DNA of 64,000 nucleotides from Eledone cirrhosa (GCA_964016885.1 OZ024754.1:27838001-27902000); one strand, 5' to 3'. Shown: positions 27,061 through 42,823, counted from the stretch's first letter. The notes: generated by a model from the sequence alone, not told the origin. A program made the numbers and translations.

Positions 27061-27490
27061 TGAAATTTTAGTAAGTAAGTTAATTTTATAATTTTCTTAT
27101 TTTACGTCTCTCATATTATTGTTCTGCAACCCCATGCATTGAACCACAAAGTTACTAAGACAAAACCTATATATTTGCTAGCATAAGTATCCATATGTTA
27201 CTAGATATACTAATTCTTTATAATTATCTCCAAATTATTTGTCGAGCAAAATTGGCCAAGACTGCTGCTATGGTAACAGTCAGGCTGCTGTCTTCTTAAC
27301 AAACCACTTTCCACTGATTGACCTCGATGTCACGTGATTGATTCTTTTGAATTTGCCACCGACGCAGTAGGTAGTGATTTTCTCAATGGCTAGGAATTTA
27401 GTCAACGCTTTGCTTTTTTCTATCCACTGAATTATTTTTGTATAAGTTCCCAGTGTCCACGTATTGCCTGGAAACTTAGCTGAGAATAAA

Positions 27491-27571
27491 CTTCCCTGAT
27501 GACGAAAGGCTTCTCTGTACACTTCTTCGGAAAGTATGTTTATTCCCTTTCAGAAACTAATTAGTTGGGAG
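27491..27571 (+). ncRNA. Type I hammerhead (family C)
   Basis: Same fold; stem I cuucc/gggag. Confidence 0.85.
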
Positions 27572-27637
27572 TGAAATTTTAGTAAGTTAACTTTATAATT
27601 TTCTTATTTTACGTCTCTCATATATATATATATATAT

Positions 27638-27712
<75 letters not shown>

Positions 27713-27850
27713 AAATAAGATTTCGCTTCAAGCATAGGTTTTTACAATATGTATAGAAATTTCGTATTTCTAAAGAAATACGGTTTTAGGAAGGAAGCCG
27801 TAGCTATGCAAACACAGGGGCTAACGCCCTGCTTCCATATATATATATAT

Positions 27851-28013
27851 AACGAAGGAAAAGTGGTAAGGAACCAGATGGACCATACCGCACCAAAGTA
27901 CTCAATACTTAGGGTAGTAGAGTGGGTAATAGGAACGAGTAGGACCCCGACGGCTGAGCTCAAGCCGTTTCGACGGCTTGAGCTCAGCCGTCGGGGTCCT
28001 ACTCGTTCCTATT
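27851..28013. mobile_element. Fold-back 3'-end fragment of PLE family B
   Basis: Perfect arms 27928-27968 and 27973-28013, loop ttcg. Confidence 0.85.
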
Positions 28014-28052
28014 TATATATATATATATTATTTATTAAAATAACAGATTAAA

Positions 28053-28097
28053 GTTTAAGCAAAGAATCGCTGCTTTCACCCTTAACGGGATCTTCTG
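28053..28097 (-). ncRNA. Variant hammerhead-like motif (family L, CAGAAGA core)
   Basis: CAGAAGA-ucccguuaagggu-GAAA-gca...ugc-UU-aaac; also at 61494-61541 and degenerate at ~11830-11872. Confidence 0.45.
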
Positions 28098-28207
28098 TAT
28101 ATGTATATGTATAATAAAAACACACGCACCTGTTGGTTTTCACTTCAGTTTATTATAAATTTCCAGTTGGTTGGTTGGTTCGATCACCGGATGGTTGTTT
28201 ATATTTT

Positions 28208-28250
28208 GTCAAAGCTCTTTCGTCAAACATTCTGTGACCTCCTCAGTGAC
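28208..28250 (-). ncRNA. Minimal type I hammerhead (family G)
   Basis: guca-CUGAGGA-g-guca...ugac-GAAA-GAGC-UU^-ugac; flanked by 32-bp inverted repeats 28112-28143 and 28298-28329. Confidence 0.75.
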
Positions 28251-28509
28251 TAAGTTTTTATTTTGTGTCTCTCCTTTGTTCTGGCCTACACCAACTTGTG
28301 AAAATCAACAGGTGCGTGTGTTTTTATTAGCAGCATCACCCTCCCAAAGTATAACAATATCTGTTTCAACACACGTTTTCAGATAAGAAATCTTGCGAAA
28401 CAAATTCAATATATATATATATACATGAATGGACCTGTTATTTTTATTTTAAGACATTCTTCCAATTCCACCCCGCTTGTCACTTCAATCTATCTTATTT
28501 CTCATTCTT

Positions 28510-28545
28510 TCTTCTGATGAAGGGCTAGCGTCCGAAACGGTAAGA
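28510..28545 (+). ncRNA. Minimal hammerhead (family H)
   Basis: ucuu-CUGAUGA-a-gggc uagc gucc-GAAAC-GGU-aaga; cleavage triplet probably mutated from GUU. Confidence 0.6.
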
Positions 28546-29149
28546 CCCTCTTCCTGCTATTTCAAGCGTTAACCCAATATATTCCTTCCATATACTGTAC
28601 CGTTTGTTTTATTTCTGTTTAACTTTTACATACACACACACATATATATATATAAATGTATATCCTAGATGGCCGACTGAATATGCACGTGTTCCCCCCC
28701 CCCTCTTTTTTTTTCTTTGTCCCCGTTCCCTCCTCTTATCACTATTTACTTTCTGTTTATTTTTTATTTCTAACTATCTTCAACTGTATCCTTTTCGTGG
28801 GGTTGTTCAAGTCCAGGATGTTAAGCAAAGGAGGGAAATCATAGATTCTCAGATCTGATCGATATGTTTGAAATACTTTTTGTTCTCTCATTGTTAGTGG
28901 CTATTTTTGTAACGCCAACTTGGTTAAACCGATGAATACGTCTCGATAAGATATACTGCAATATACGCCCTATACGTTAGATGTGTTACTTAATATTCAC
29001 TGCTACTGCTACTAACATCATAAACGATATATCCATCTCCTTCTGTCCATTAGTAACCTTTCCTAACCACTCTCCTTTATTGTCCATCCAAATCAATGTT
29101 GATAGTCTTGTTTCATCTAAAGATGAAAAATGGTGCCGCTAGTTATTGG

Positions 29150-30310
<1,161 letters not shown>

Positions 30311-30504
30311 GTAGTTGGTGTTAATGTCATGACTGGTTTGCTTACTTCTTTGTGTGTGTTTTATCTTGCTCTATCAGTGGATATATTTTATAGGTGACCT
30401 GGTAGCTATAACTATCTTTCCTATAATTTTATTATAATTGTGCAATGAAGGGAGAGATGAGGTGAGTATTCGTTCGTAAGCAAAATATATAAAATAATAG
30501 AATT

Positions 30505-30995
<491 letters not shown>

Positions 30996-30999
30996 ATTA

Positions 31000-32225
31000 T
31001 CTGTCTGTCTGTTTCTATGAATTCTCAAATGGCTGGACCAAATCAAATCTAATTTTACAAGGTAATAGTATTAGACCCCGGGGTATCAACATGCAATTTT
31101 TATTTTATTTTGGATTAAAAAAATATAATATTTTATCTAAAATAATATATCTATAATGAACTATAGTAAACCACCACCACCACCACCAACACGATGACGT
31201 CACATTGTATATGAGTGTGTATGTGTCTATGAGTGTGTGTGTTTTGCGAATTCGTTATATACGTTAGGCCTCAGAGAATTAAACACACACATACATCTAC
31301 ACATACATATAGACAATTAAACACACACACACATCTACACATACAGATACATATTGATGAGTGTATGTGAGAGTGTGTGTGAGTGTATGTGAGAATGTAT
31401 GTGTGTGTGAGTGTATGCGTGTCTGACTGTAAGTGTAGTAATTTTTATTTTAACGTTAGGCCTCAGAGAATTAAACACACACATACATATAGCGTTAGTA
31501 AGTTGCTACACATTATCTTCACACGCAGACAATTAAACCCATACACACACATCTACACATACAGATACATATGTGATGACAGACAGCTGTGCGTGAAAGT
31601 ATATATGTGTGTCTGTCTTAGTATATGTATGTGTGTGTATGTGAGTGTGTCTGAGTCTATGTGAGAGTGTATGTGTGTGTGAGTGTAAGTGTGTGCGAGT
31701 GTATGTGAGAGTGTATGTGTGTGAGTGAGTGTATGTGTGTGTAATGTGTGATCATTTTTATTTTCATTTCCATTAAAACAATAGAAAACAACACACCGTT
31801 GTCACATTTTGTATATGAATATATATTTGTTTGTGAGTGTGCGCGTTCATTAGTTACGTGATTAAATACACACACACATATCTGACCAAAAATTAAGGTG
31901 AAAAGCTATGCGTGTGTCTGCGTGAATGTATGTCTGTGTATGTCGGTCTTTGTGTCTGAGAGTGTATGTGTGTGAGTGTGTAGCAACAATTTATTCATTT
32001 GGATACCAGCAAAAAATTACACAATGAAAATTGTTTACCCTAAGGTGCTTCAAGATTGACAGAGTTTCATTTCTAAATTCTATTATCATTACAATTTTGA
32101 TATTTAAGAAATAAAATATAGATATTTTGAAATAATTATGAGAAAAAAAACATACTCCATATTTATTGTTTACTAATCTGAATAAGAACAGCAGTAACCT
32201 GGGCAACGCCGGGTAATTCAGCTAG
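31000..32225 (+). mobile_element. Putative non-autonomous Helitron-like element
   Basis: 3' hairpin acctgg-gcaacg-ccgggt (32197-32214) followed by CTAG|T; 5' region tctgtctgtctg...ggctggacca; 5' boundary approximate. Confidence 0.55.
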
Positions 32226-32384
32226 TTTATATATATATTACATATACATGTGAAGATATATATGCATATATATATATATGTGAGTGTATAGATAGATATA
32301 TGAATAAATACGTAGGTATATTTATGAATATATAGTGTATATATATGTGTGTGTGTGAGTGTGTGAATGACGGTGTGTGTGTGT

Positions 32385-32422
<38 letters not shown>

Positions 32423-32752
32423 TAGAAGATGGATGATTTGAGGATCGCAAAGATACAACATTCTGTTGCATAGCAACTGAGAACTAATTGCTACCTGATA
32501 CAGAGTCGTGGTATTAGTAGCGAGTAGTAAGATTTGAGGTGGAGATAGGTGAGATGTAGTGGTGGCGATGGTAAAACCTGTTTTTGCTCTCGTATAATGC
32601 ACTTTCAGAATGAGTTCGATGGCTATTTCAGCGTGCATATGCATGTAAGTTGTTGTGTGTATGTAACTGGTTGTATGTATATATGTATTTATGTATCTAT
32701 CTATGTATACATGTATGTATGTAAGTGATTATATATATATATATATATATAA

Positions 32753-32852
<100 letters not shown>

Positions 32853-32991
32853 GTATGTGTATATGCGTATGCACGTGTGTATGAATGTATTTGTGTGAAA
32901 GAGTGTATTTAAGTTCAGGACGTCAAAGAGCAGAAATGCAGTAAAAGTGCCGATAGATTATTAATGCTTCTCTAATGAAATACAAGGCATT

Positions 32992-33051
<60 letters not shown>

Positions 33052-33183
33052 AAATATATACATATATATATACATATATATACATATACATGTACATGTA
33101 CATATATATATATACATACATATGTACATGTCAATACATATATACATATCAATATATATATACATACATATATATATATACAT

Positions 33184-33385
33184 ATGGCTTAGTGGTTAGA
33201 GCATTGGGCTTGCAATCGAAAGGTTGTGAGTTCAGTTCTCGGACCGGGTGATGTGTTGTTTCCTTGAGCAAGACACTTTATTTCACGTTGCTCCAGTTTA
33301 CTCAGCTGTAGAAATGAGTACCGGCCTGCCCGCCCAGCCAGTGGCTGCAACCAGTGGCTGTGACAGACTGGTCGGTCATTGTGAT
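33184..33385 (+). mobile_element. tRNA-derived SINE
   Basis: A box tggcttagtgg, B box gagttcagttctc, then ccttgagcaagacact core. Confidence 0.8.
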
Positions 33386-33473
33386 ATATATATACACATA
33401 TACATAATGATATACTTATATATACATATATATATATACATATATTCTTATATATATATACATATATATATAT

Positions 33474-33530
<57 letters not shown>

Positions 33531-33560
33531 TATATATGCACATATAGGTATATATATATA

Positions 33561-34110
33561 CTAGCAGCAGTACCCAGCGTTGCCTGGGTATGTAAAATAA
33601 TATCTGGTTTGATGAAAAGGTGTTGATCTTAGCGACTGCGAGTTTCTTGAAAATCGGTCGTAAGGTGTAGCAAATGGCGAAATGTTGAGTGAAATCGTAT
33701 GGAATATGTGGGAGGTGGAAAAAATCGTATTTTGAAGAGTTAAACGGCTGCCACGCCGTCCATGAACAAAAAATGCAAAGTGTAAAGCTACTATAAGATG
33801 TGCAATGATAGGTTCTATCGTAGTATAAAAGTTGAACCAAATAAATTGATTTATGTGTGAGGTGGAGCCGAAGTTTCGAATTTGAACGATAGTAGATTTG
33901 AGATGGAGGGTTTGTGGTTTTTCTCTATCTCAACTCTACTTTTGAAAAGCAGAAGAACTGCGAAACTGGTAAAGGAACCAAATAAATATATATATTTTTT
34001 TAAAATAAGACTCCAGTTGCATTTTCGATTTCATCTTTTTTTCTTTATACTTTCACTCGTGTAGGACACCTCAGTTATTTTTCATTTTGTAAAAAACCTC
34101 ACTTTCTAAT
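33561..34110 (-). mobile_element. Putative non-autonomous Helitron-like element
   Basis: CTAG at 33561-33564 with perfect hairpin tacccag-cgttgc-ctgggta (33571-33590); same terminus type as 32197-32225. Confidence 0.55.
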
Positions 34111-34154
34111 ATATATATATATATATATTCTTTGTAAAATGTCTCTGAAGCAAG

Positions 34155-34415
34155 TATGAGTCGCAGGTCTTATGTCGTTTACGAGATATCCTTTCCTGTA
34201 GATTTCTGTCTGTCTACAGCCACGTATATGTCGCAGGTCTTCTGAGGTTTACGATACCTTTTCCTACACATTTGTGTCTTAGTCTAGTACCACATATATG
34301 TCGCAGGTCTTATGAAGTTTACGATACTTCCTCCTGCATATATCTGTCTTTATCTAGAGCCACGTATATGTCGTATATCTTCTGAAGTGTACGATATCTT
34401 TTCCTGCACATTTGT
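34155..34415. repeat. ~70-bp tandem repeat, about 3.7 copies
   Basis: gtcgcaggtct recurs at ~34160, 34230, 34300, with a variant at 34370. Confidence 0.8.
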
Positions 34416-37175
34416 CGACTTGCAGTAAACCCTCTATTATCGAATAGCTTCTATACAAAAATAACTAATGAAATATTCAGGAAACGAGGCATAATTATTA
34501 CAATTAATTTACCCTACCGCTTCATTCGAATGTTTCTTTGTAACCTTAAGAAAGCATGTTTTAATTAATTTTTGCAGACTTGCTTTCTACTGTGTACATT
34601 GTGATTATATTGTCATTACAAACCAAGGGTTTTTTTTTATATTTTCGTTTATATTTACTGAATACCTTCAATTTGCTTTTGTATATGAATAATTAATTTT
34701 GTTTTATATCGTTTATCATAGTGGATTAATGATTTCTGATTCAGGCACAACACCAGAAATTTGGCGGAGTTTGTGAAGCTCATTTATAAAAATCCCAGTA
34801 CGGGTTCTATATTTTACCGAGTTCAGAAGTATGAATGGCAAAATTAACCTCGTCGAGATTTGAACTTAAATTAGTAACTAATTCTACCAAACATTCTTAG
34901 GTATGAAAAATACTATTTTAAAAATTATACACATGTGCTTGGTTGGTCACGCTTGGGGATCCAGCCGGATCAGTTGGAGACGGTTGTTTCTGACAAGACC
35001 CGCTGGAGGGTTTGAGGGCTCTGCCTCTACGACCCGCTCAGGAATATGTGGGCGAAGAAAAGAAGTAGATATATATTTATTAAAGTACTATTCAAGAAAC
35101 ATGTATATAAAAATACTGAAACTAAAGTTAAAACCACACTCGATTTTTCTTTGCCCTTCTTTCTTTTTTGCGTATATTCCAACTAAACTATGCTCAACCA
35201 ATAAACGGACGTAAAGATATTAAAAAAAAGACTAAACATAACGAACAGACGAAAAGAAATAAAAAATACGACTATAAACCAAGGAATACGAGGCAAATTT
35301 ATTTTGTGTTTTATTGAAATAATACTGAGAGACTTCCTTTTCTTCAATAGAATCAGGAACATTTTGATCAATAACGAGTAAAAAATATATAAAAACGCAC
35401 TAGCATTGTTACACATTTTGAAGCAATTGAAATGGCTCCGAGCTATATCATTACCAAATTCGCAGCAGTCATCTTTCAACTGTTTTGTACGACAGCAACG
35501 ATAAAGAATTATGTAAATCTCTGCAAGACTTATTTTATTTCAGTGTGGAGTAGGGTGAGTGGTGGTAAGGAAGAATGTAGTTTACAATGGTGTCATTCTT
35601 CTTCGTTGAGAAAAGAATAGACCATTGCTTATTGAAGAGTTAAATTTAATTTAAACACGATGTAGAAGTTATAGCAAGAGACATACAGTTAGTGTGTTTT
35701 AAGATTATTTCCATATAACACAAAAGACACACACATGATGGAAAAAATAACGTCATCCACACTGGAGTGCTAAATGGAATGGAATGGTCCTCAGTCGATT
35801 TCAACGATGAGTATTCATGGTATTCGATCAACGGAACAGACTACTCGTGACTGAGCAGTCAACAAACATGAATACACTTATGTAATACTCAGGGAGATTC
35901 GATTTGATGAAACAAAGTGGGGGACATGGCTGGCCTATTCAACTACAGACACAGTCCATGAGACAGGCATCCGCACAGTTTCCGTCTATATAATTTCACT
36001 CAAAAAGGCTTGTAATAAATCTTTTAGAGGACAACAAATGAAATTAACATGCATGCATGGTCCCGTAACTTCTAAGGGAGTCGTTGGAGCACCGTATTGA
36101 CACACAGCATTTCTTAGGGCATTTTAAAACCTGGCAGAGCCCATCTCCTCTCCAGGTCTGAATACAGCCGATTTCTTCAAGACAAGGATAGAGAGTGAGA
36201 GAATGGAAGTGAGAAAAGGATATAGAGGAAGAATCTGCCCTAGTACTAGACTAGTACTTTTTTATCGACCTCAACTGGATGAAAGTCAAAGTTGACCTCG
36301 GTGAGATTTGAACGCAGAGAGCAAAGAGCCTAAAGGAATAATGTAAAGCATTCTATCGGGCGGTCTAACGCCTCTATCAATTCACCGCCTACGATTAATA
36401 TAGAAGAACTAAATTAGTTTACATTTTATAAAACTCGATCTTCTATTCAGTAAGATCAATTGGGTGGCGTGCCGTAGAAGATATGAAACAAGCTGTCACA
36501 ATAGAATATTCCAATCTAATATTATTCTCTGCTGTTTCTATTTAAGCATCTTTCGTATTGGTAAATATTTGAAATTCATCTAGTTACACCTCATAGTATT
36601 CGTTTTGATCTTCAAAGAAGCTTATTTCTAAACTGTCTGCTATTAAAATGATTGAGAAAACGAATGTCAAACTGTTGATAATTTCTCTGGGGAAATCTTT
36701 TTCTTAAGCAGTGGAGACAGAAATGAAATAACGAACATGAAATATATAACGATTTAAAAACTCACCCTCCGTGTACTATATAGCAGAGATGTAACCTTTA
36801 AACATACATACCATTTTGTTAGTGGCATGAGCATTTCTAGAAAAAAAACATAGATAAATAGATAGAGAGAGAGTGGGGATAAAAAAATCAAAATGTAAGC
36901 AGAGTAGGGGTTCTGGAAAAAAAATATATATGCAACACAAAACAAAATGGTGACTTTAAAAAGTTACTCAGCGAAACCAGTTAGGGAAAAACACTATTTA
37001 GATAAACACAACTATTTCTGAAAAGCTACCTACATCTTTTAAAAAAGCTGTAATATATTTTTTATTGGAAATAATTTCGTTTAGTTTGCGTATTGTAAAC
37101 GTTGCATATATATAAAAATCATTATTTGCATCTTTAAATATTTATTATTATTTTCATAATACATACATACATACA

Positions 37176-37232
<57 letters not shown>

Positions 37233-37316
37233 TATGAAAATAATAATATGTATATACTATATATATATAAATATATGAAAATAATAATATATATATAATA
37301 TATATATATAATATAT

Positions 37317-37358
<42 letters not shown>

Positions 37359-37455
37359 CACACATATACATAATGTATACATACATGTATACATATACAC
37401 ACACGCACACATATATATATATGTATATATATACATATATATATATATACATATG

Positions 37456-37487
<32 letters not shown>

Positions 37488-37647
37488 CATATATATATAC
37501 ATATATATATGTTTATAACATATATATATATGTCTATATACATATATATATACATATATATACATATATATATATATATACATTATATATATGTTTCTAT
37601 ATATATACATATATCTATCTATATATATATATATACATATATCTATC

Positions 37648-37680
<33 letters not shown>

Positions 37681-38337
37681 ACATATATCTATCTCTCTAT
37701 ATATATACATATATATATATATACATATATCTATCTCTCTCTATATATATACATATATCTATCTATATACATATATAGATACATATATCTATCTCTCTCT
37801 CTCTCTATCTATATATATAGAGAGAGAGAGGGGGGGATATGAAAAATAAATGCCATAGCGTGATTAGTGTTTCATTCCGGATAGCTGAAACTACAGCTTA
37901 CTGCGATATATTCATTTTTACAATAAACATAATACTTTCTAGGTGTATTGAGTTCTCTCTTTGGCTTATTCTTAACTAGTATACTACACTTACACCTCCA
38001 TTTATCTCCTCTTCTCTCTTCCCCCCACTCTCTGTCCCTCTCTCTGCATTTATATATATAAAGTAAGTCCATAGAATCATTTGATAAATTTTATACACTA
38101 TTTCTTCTCCCAATCAGCATAAATCAACCGCACAAAAAATCATTTAAACGAGGCTATAAGTTTAAAATATACTTATGAAGAAACAGTAGATAAATGATAT
38201 AGCTTTTTACAGAAAACTTACCTAGTATTTCTGATAGCCTGTAGAAATTGCCTAGACATATAGTTAGCCATACATAATTAGGTACAAAATCAAAGTTAGA
38301 AGAAAAGATGTACATAAACATACCAAAATCGTCAAAA

Positions 38338-38422
38338 TATCTCTACCCCCGGCGGTTTCATTCACTTTTTGGATATATCCGATCTTGGATAAATCAACGA
38401 GGTTGGAAATCATCAGGAGATA
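38338..38422 (-). ncRNA. Type I hammerhead (family I)
   Basis: uaucuc-CUGAUGA-long stem II-GAAA-CCGCCGGGGG-UA^-gagaua; near-palindromic stem III. Confidence 0.8.
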
Positions 38423-38778
38423 AACTCAATTGGACAAAGACTTTTCTTACATGATCCCCGCCAGAAACGAATTCAAAATGGCTAAGAATCGTCACGTGGC
38501 TAGTGGATATATATATAAGCGTGAAACTAATACAACTTTGTTAATGCATCTTCTTGTCTTTGGTTTTGGTTTTGTGATATATATATATGTGTGTGTGTGT
38601 GTCTGTCTGTGTGCGCGTGTGTGTGTGTTTGTGTGTGTATGTGTGTGTGCGCGTGTGTGTGTATGTAAATATGCGTATATACATATATAACAGATACGCC
38701 CTCACATAGACATGTATGTATGTGTGTATATGTGTGTATATATATATATGTGTGTGTGTGTATATATATGTGTATATA

Positions 38779-38839
<61 letters not shown>

Positions 38840-39466
38840 GTATATGGGTTTGGATTTCTATAACTATGACAACTCCACTCATGCAATTATTTCCGAAATC
38901 TATCGTCGACTCCATTATATGCTATATTATATGCTATATGTCGAAATCGATGACAATCAATAAATTATGTATTACAAGTTTGCTGCCACGATAAACATTT
39001 TGTAAATAAATTCTACCAGATTTATGTTGGCCAATACAGTGCTTTGATCATTCTTACAAGTTCCCTTGTTGTATTCCTTCATTTTCAAGGTATGGCTGTT
39101 TGGTTAAGCAGTTCGGTTCGCAGCCAAGTGTTCTGGTTTCATCCAGAGCGCGTAACACCTTAGCTGAATGTTTTTTCCCTGTGGCGTGTACAAGAATAGG
39201 ATTATCAAAAACTACTTTAGTCAGACGGTACTACGACCTGAATATTTGGAGAAGCAGGTTCGACTATAAAGAACTGTCTTGGTCTGCTATCTACTACCGA
39301 AACTCTGAAAGGCTCGACGGCTGGGCTCTTGCCATTTCAACAGCTAGTTCCCGACTCTTTCTAATATATATAAATGCTATAAAGATTCTTTAAATATATT
39401 TCCGTGCTACTTCCATCTTTACCTTTTTTTTCTATGACCTCTGTTTTGTATAAAACCTTACTCTCT

Positions 39467-39512
<46 letters not shown>

Positions 39513-39533
39513 AACTCTTCTTCGTAGAATCGA

Positions 39534-39628
39534 GACATATCTGACGACCTTGCGATTTCAGAGTCAGGTTCGATCATTACATCGATCGTGCCTCGAGCTG
39601 GTCGCCAGAGAAACGATTGTAATATGTC
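39534..39628 (+). ncRNA. Type I hammerhead (family J)
   Basis: gacauau-CUGACGA-...gcgauu...ggucgc...-GAAAC-GAUU-GUA^-auauguc, then AAUAAA; element 39509-39676 between TA tracts. Confidence 0.85.
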
Positions 39629-39674
39629 CAATAAATTTTATTCGTCGCAACACTCACTCTCCGTTTCTTATGTG

Positions 39675-39786
<112 letters not shown>

Positions 39787-39895
39787 GAATAATCGAGAAT
39801 CGGAATATCAGCCCACGAAATCACGATAAACAATATCCGATATATGTGGCAGAGGGCTCAATAATTTGGAAAAATCAGGAGCTATAACTATCGTT

Positions 39896-39953
<58 letters not shown>

Positions 39954-40739
39954 CAGTTCACACCAGTAACAACACGCATATATCGCGTAATGCTAGTATT
40001 AGTATTACACGTTAATCGAATACAACAAAATGTTTCTAATTTAGGCGCAAGGCCAGCAATTTTGAAGACAGGACAAAGTCACTTATATTCGTAGATCTCA
40101 CTAGTTGACGGGTACTTTATTTTATTGATCACTAAACTGGTGGAATACAAAGTTCACTTCGGCGGGATTTGTACTCAGAATATAAAGAGCCAGAATAAAT
40201 ACTGTAATGTATTTTTTCCAACGCTTACTTCTTTAATAAAAGAGAAAACTTTATTTTCCCTCCACACTCTCCTGGAATTATCTCTATATCTATCAGTAAA
40301 AACCTCATTAAAGACTAACGTCAGTTATATATTAGCATTACACTCGATTTGAATAGATGAAATTAATGCAAATTTGTGCAGTTTCGAATCGGGTTTCATT
40401 ATTCAAATGAACTGTACGTAGTGAAATTCTAATAGCGATAAAACTTCGCCTTGTACGAAAGTACGATATGTACGATGTACGGTGTGATTTATGTACCTTT
40501 CAATGAACATAAAGTTTAGTTTCTTGATTGATTTTATGTTGTTATTTGTTTTTTATTTCTTATCCAGTGATAGACGTAACGTAATGGAAAGCAACAGTCG
40601 TACATATTTAATTTACTTACAGTCACACATGCACACACACAGTGTTATAAGATATAAGTTGCATGAGTATGAAATTGTGTATCTTTATACCGAGTATATT
40701 TCTGGACAGGTATTTAGAGATTTAGATCATTTGACAAAC

Positions 40740-40792
<53 letters not shown>

Positions 40793-40851
40793 GTGTGTGT
40801 GTGTGTGTATATATGTATATATATATACACACACATATATATGTGTATGTG

Positions 40852-40902
<51 letters not shown>

Positions 40903-41340
40903 ATATTATTATAAGAAACGAAGTGAGCTGTGTGGTTACTGTAAATATAGTTTAGGATGGTAATATGGACGAAGCAAGAGAAGAAATCCTTCATCAGCTG
41001 TAAACCGCAGATCATAGATGGCGTTCAATATAGGACATCAAAAGCGATCATCGGCGCATCCAAGGCCTTTTATCGATTAAAAGGCCAAGAGGGAAAGAAA
41101 AGAAAAAAAAGAGAAAAAAAGGAAAAGTAGTGAGGCGATAGGAAGTAAGAGAAAAAAAACGAGGCACACATACCGAAGGAGGGAGATGTAGGACAATGGA
41201 ACATGCAAGTGAGTAACCGAGGAAAAAATAGAATAGAATAAGTTACACCGAACCGATTGGACTTAAGCATGGTGGTGCAATAACTGGGAGCGGGGTAGCT
41301 CCGTGCGATCTCAATCAAAGTGAGCGTAGAGAGAGAGAGA

Positions 41341-41416
<76 letters not shown>

Positions 41417-41621
41417 AACCGGAAGTGAGAGGGAGAAGGGAAAGGGAGATAATCAAAATGAGTTTTACAACAGTTGTAAAACATGTCATAAACGATCGAA
41501 ACAGAACGATTTTTACGACATGTGTGAAACGTGTCGTAAACGATCAAAAACGAGCAGATGGATAGAGAGAGATAGAGAGAACGTGAGAGAAAAATATATT
41601 ATAAATATATATATATATATA

Positions 41622-42066
41622 GGGCGGGTAAAATTCCCGAGATCCCTGGACTAGCTCTCTTCAGCGGTCTCTGTCCCTCATCATCGCTGCCGTACCCTGC
41701 GTCTCCAAGAGACCAGTGTCTGTCCTTAGGATATCAACATATGTCAACCTCGGCCTTCCTCTTCCAGTGTGTCCATGCAGGGGCTCCCACTGGAGCACTG
41801 AGTGCAGTGTCAACTGTGGATGTCGGTGAGCATGTCCAACTAACCTCAGTCATCTCTGTGCTACTTTTGAGCTGACCTTTGGGAGGCTCCGTACAGCTCT
41901 GAGCTCTTCATCCTCAGTGTATACTGATTAATGTTCAGAGCCATCCTCAGCATTCTCGTGTAGTACCCATCCACCATCTGAGTGAGTTTCTTGTTCAGTG
42001 TCAAAGTGTCAGACCCGTACAGCAGCACAGACTCCACTACAGCAACGAAGAGACGGATCTTCAGGT
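41622..42066 (-). mobile_element. RTE-clade LINE 3' fragment
   Basis: LKIRLFVAVVESVLLYGS...YTRMLRMAL...LRLVGHAHRH...GRPRLTYVD; ends in (TA)n. Confidence 0.85.
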
Positions 42067-42081
42067 CTTTATTATATATAT

Positions 42082-42720
42082 ATATAATGAAAATAAAAGT
42101 TACGGGCGAAAGAGGGTAATATCCATCGTCAGTTGTCTGCTAGGAGTCATAGGTATTTATTCGCGTTAGATACCTCAGCCTAGGGCGAACAATAACTAAA
42201 ATAAGTTATTGGGGATAAAAAAAGGGGGGGTGGAGAGAGAGAGAAAAAATGTAAACAGACACGAAGGGTGAAGCAACGAAAAGAGAGGAAAAAAGCAAGT
42301 CAACAACTCATTTCGAACATAAGTCCTGGCGGGTTTGACGTGAAAAAAAGACACGTCTTCATTGTTGCAGTGTGAGCGAGAGAAGAGACGACTGCTTACA
42401 GTGGCGGACGGGGGAGGAAGTGAGCTAGCGGAGAGAGGGTGACTAACAGAGAGGGAGTGAGTGAAAGTAAGAGGAGGCGAGAAAGAGATAGTTATAGTGG
42501 CAGGCTAGCCGAGAGAAGGTGACTAGCAGAAGAGGGAGAAGGACAGAGAAGGGGGAGAGAAAGGATAGCAACAAGGGGAGTGAAAAGAGACGGATCACAG
42601 CAGAGAAGGAAACTATGTGAATAAAATGGCGAGCTGTGTGGTTGCAATTAAGTATAATGAAAATAAAGGTTACGTGCGAAAGAGGGCAATATCCATCGTC
42701 AGTTGTCTGCTCGGAATCAT

Positions 42721-42726
<6 letters not shown>
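42082..42726 (-). mobile_element. Non-coding element with ~75-bp terminal direct repeats 570 bp apart, each containing CTGACGA
   Basis: 42082-42156 approximately equals 42653-42726; TA flanks. Confidence 0.6.
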
Positions 42727-42765
<39 letters not shown>

Positions 42766-42823
42766 CATATATATGTATACACACACACATATATATACAT
42801 ATATATTCGCGGATAAGAAGCTA

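Larger units (their letters stand above)
26290..27620 (+). mobile_element. Non-coding tandem ~511-bp HHR unit (retrozyme-like) with 5' inverted copy
   Basis: Units ~26685-27196 and 27197-27620; inverted segment 26290-26668; three HHRs; ends in (TA)n. Confidence 0.85.

Noticed and set aside
26516-27522. Three similar ORFs starting MYREAFRHQ
   Set aside because: Antisense to the HHR unit, GTG starts, inconsistent ends and no recognisable domain
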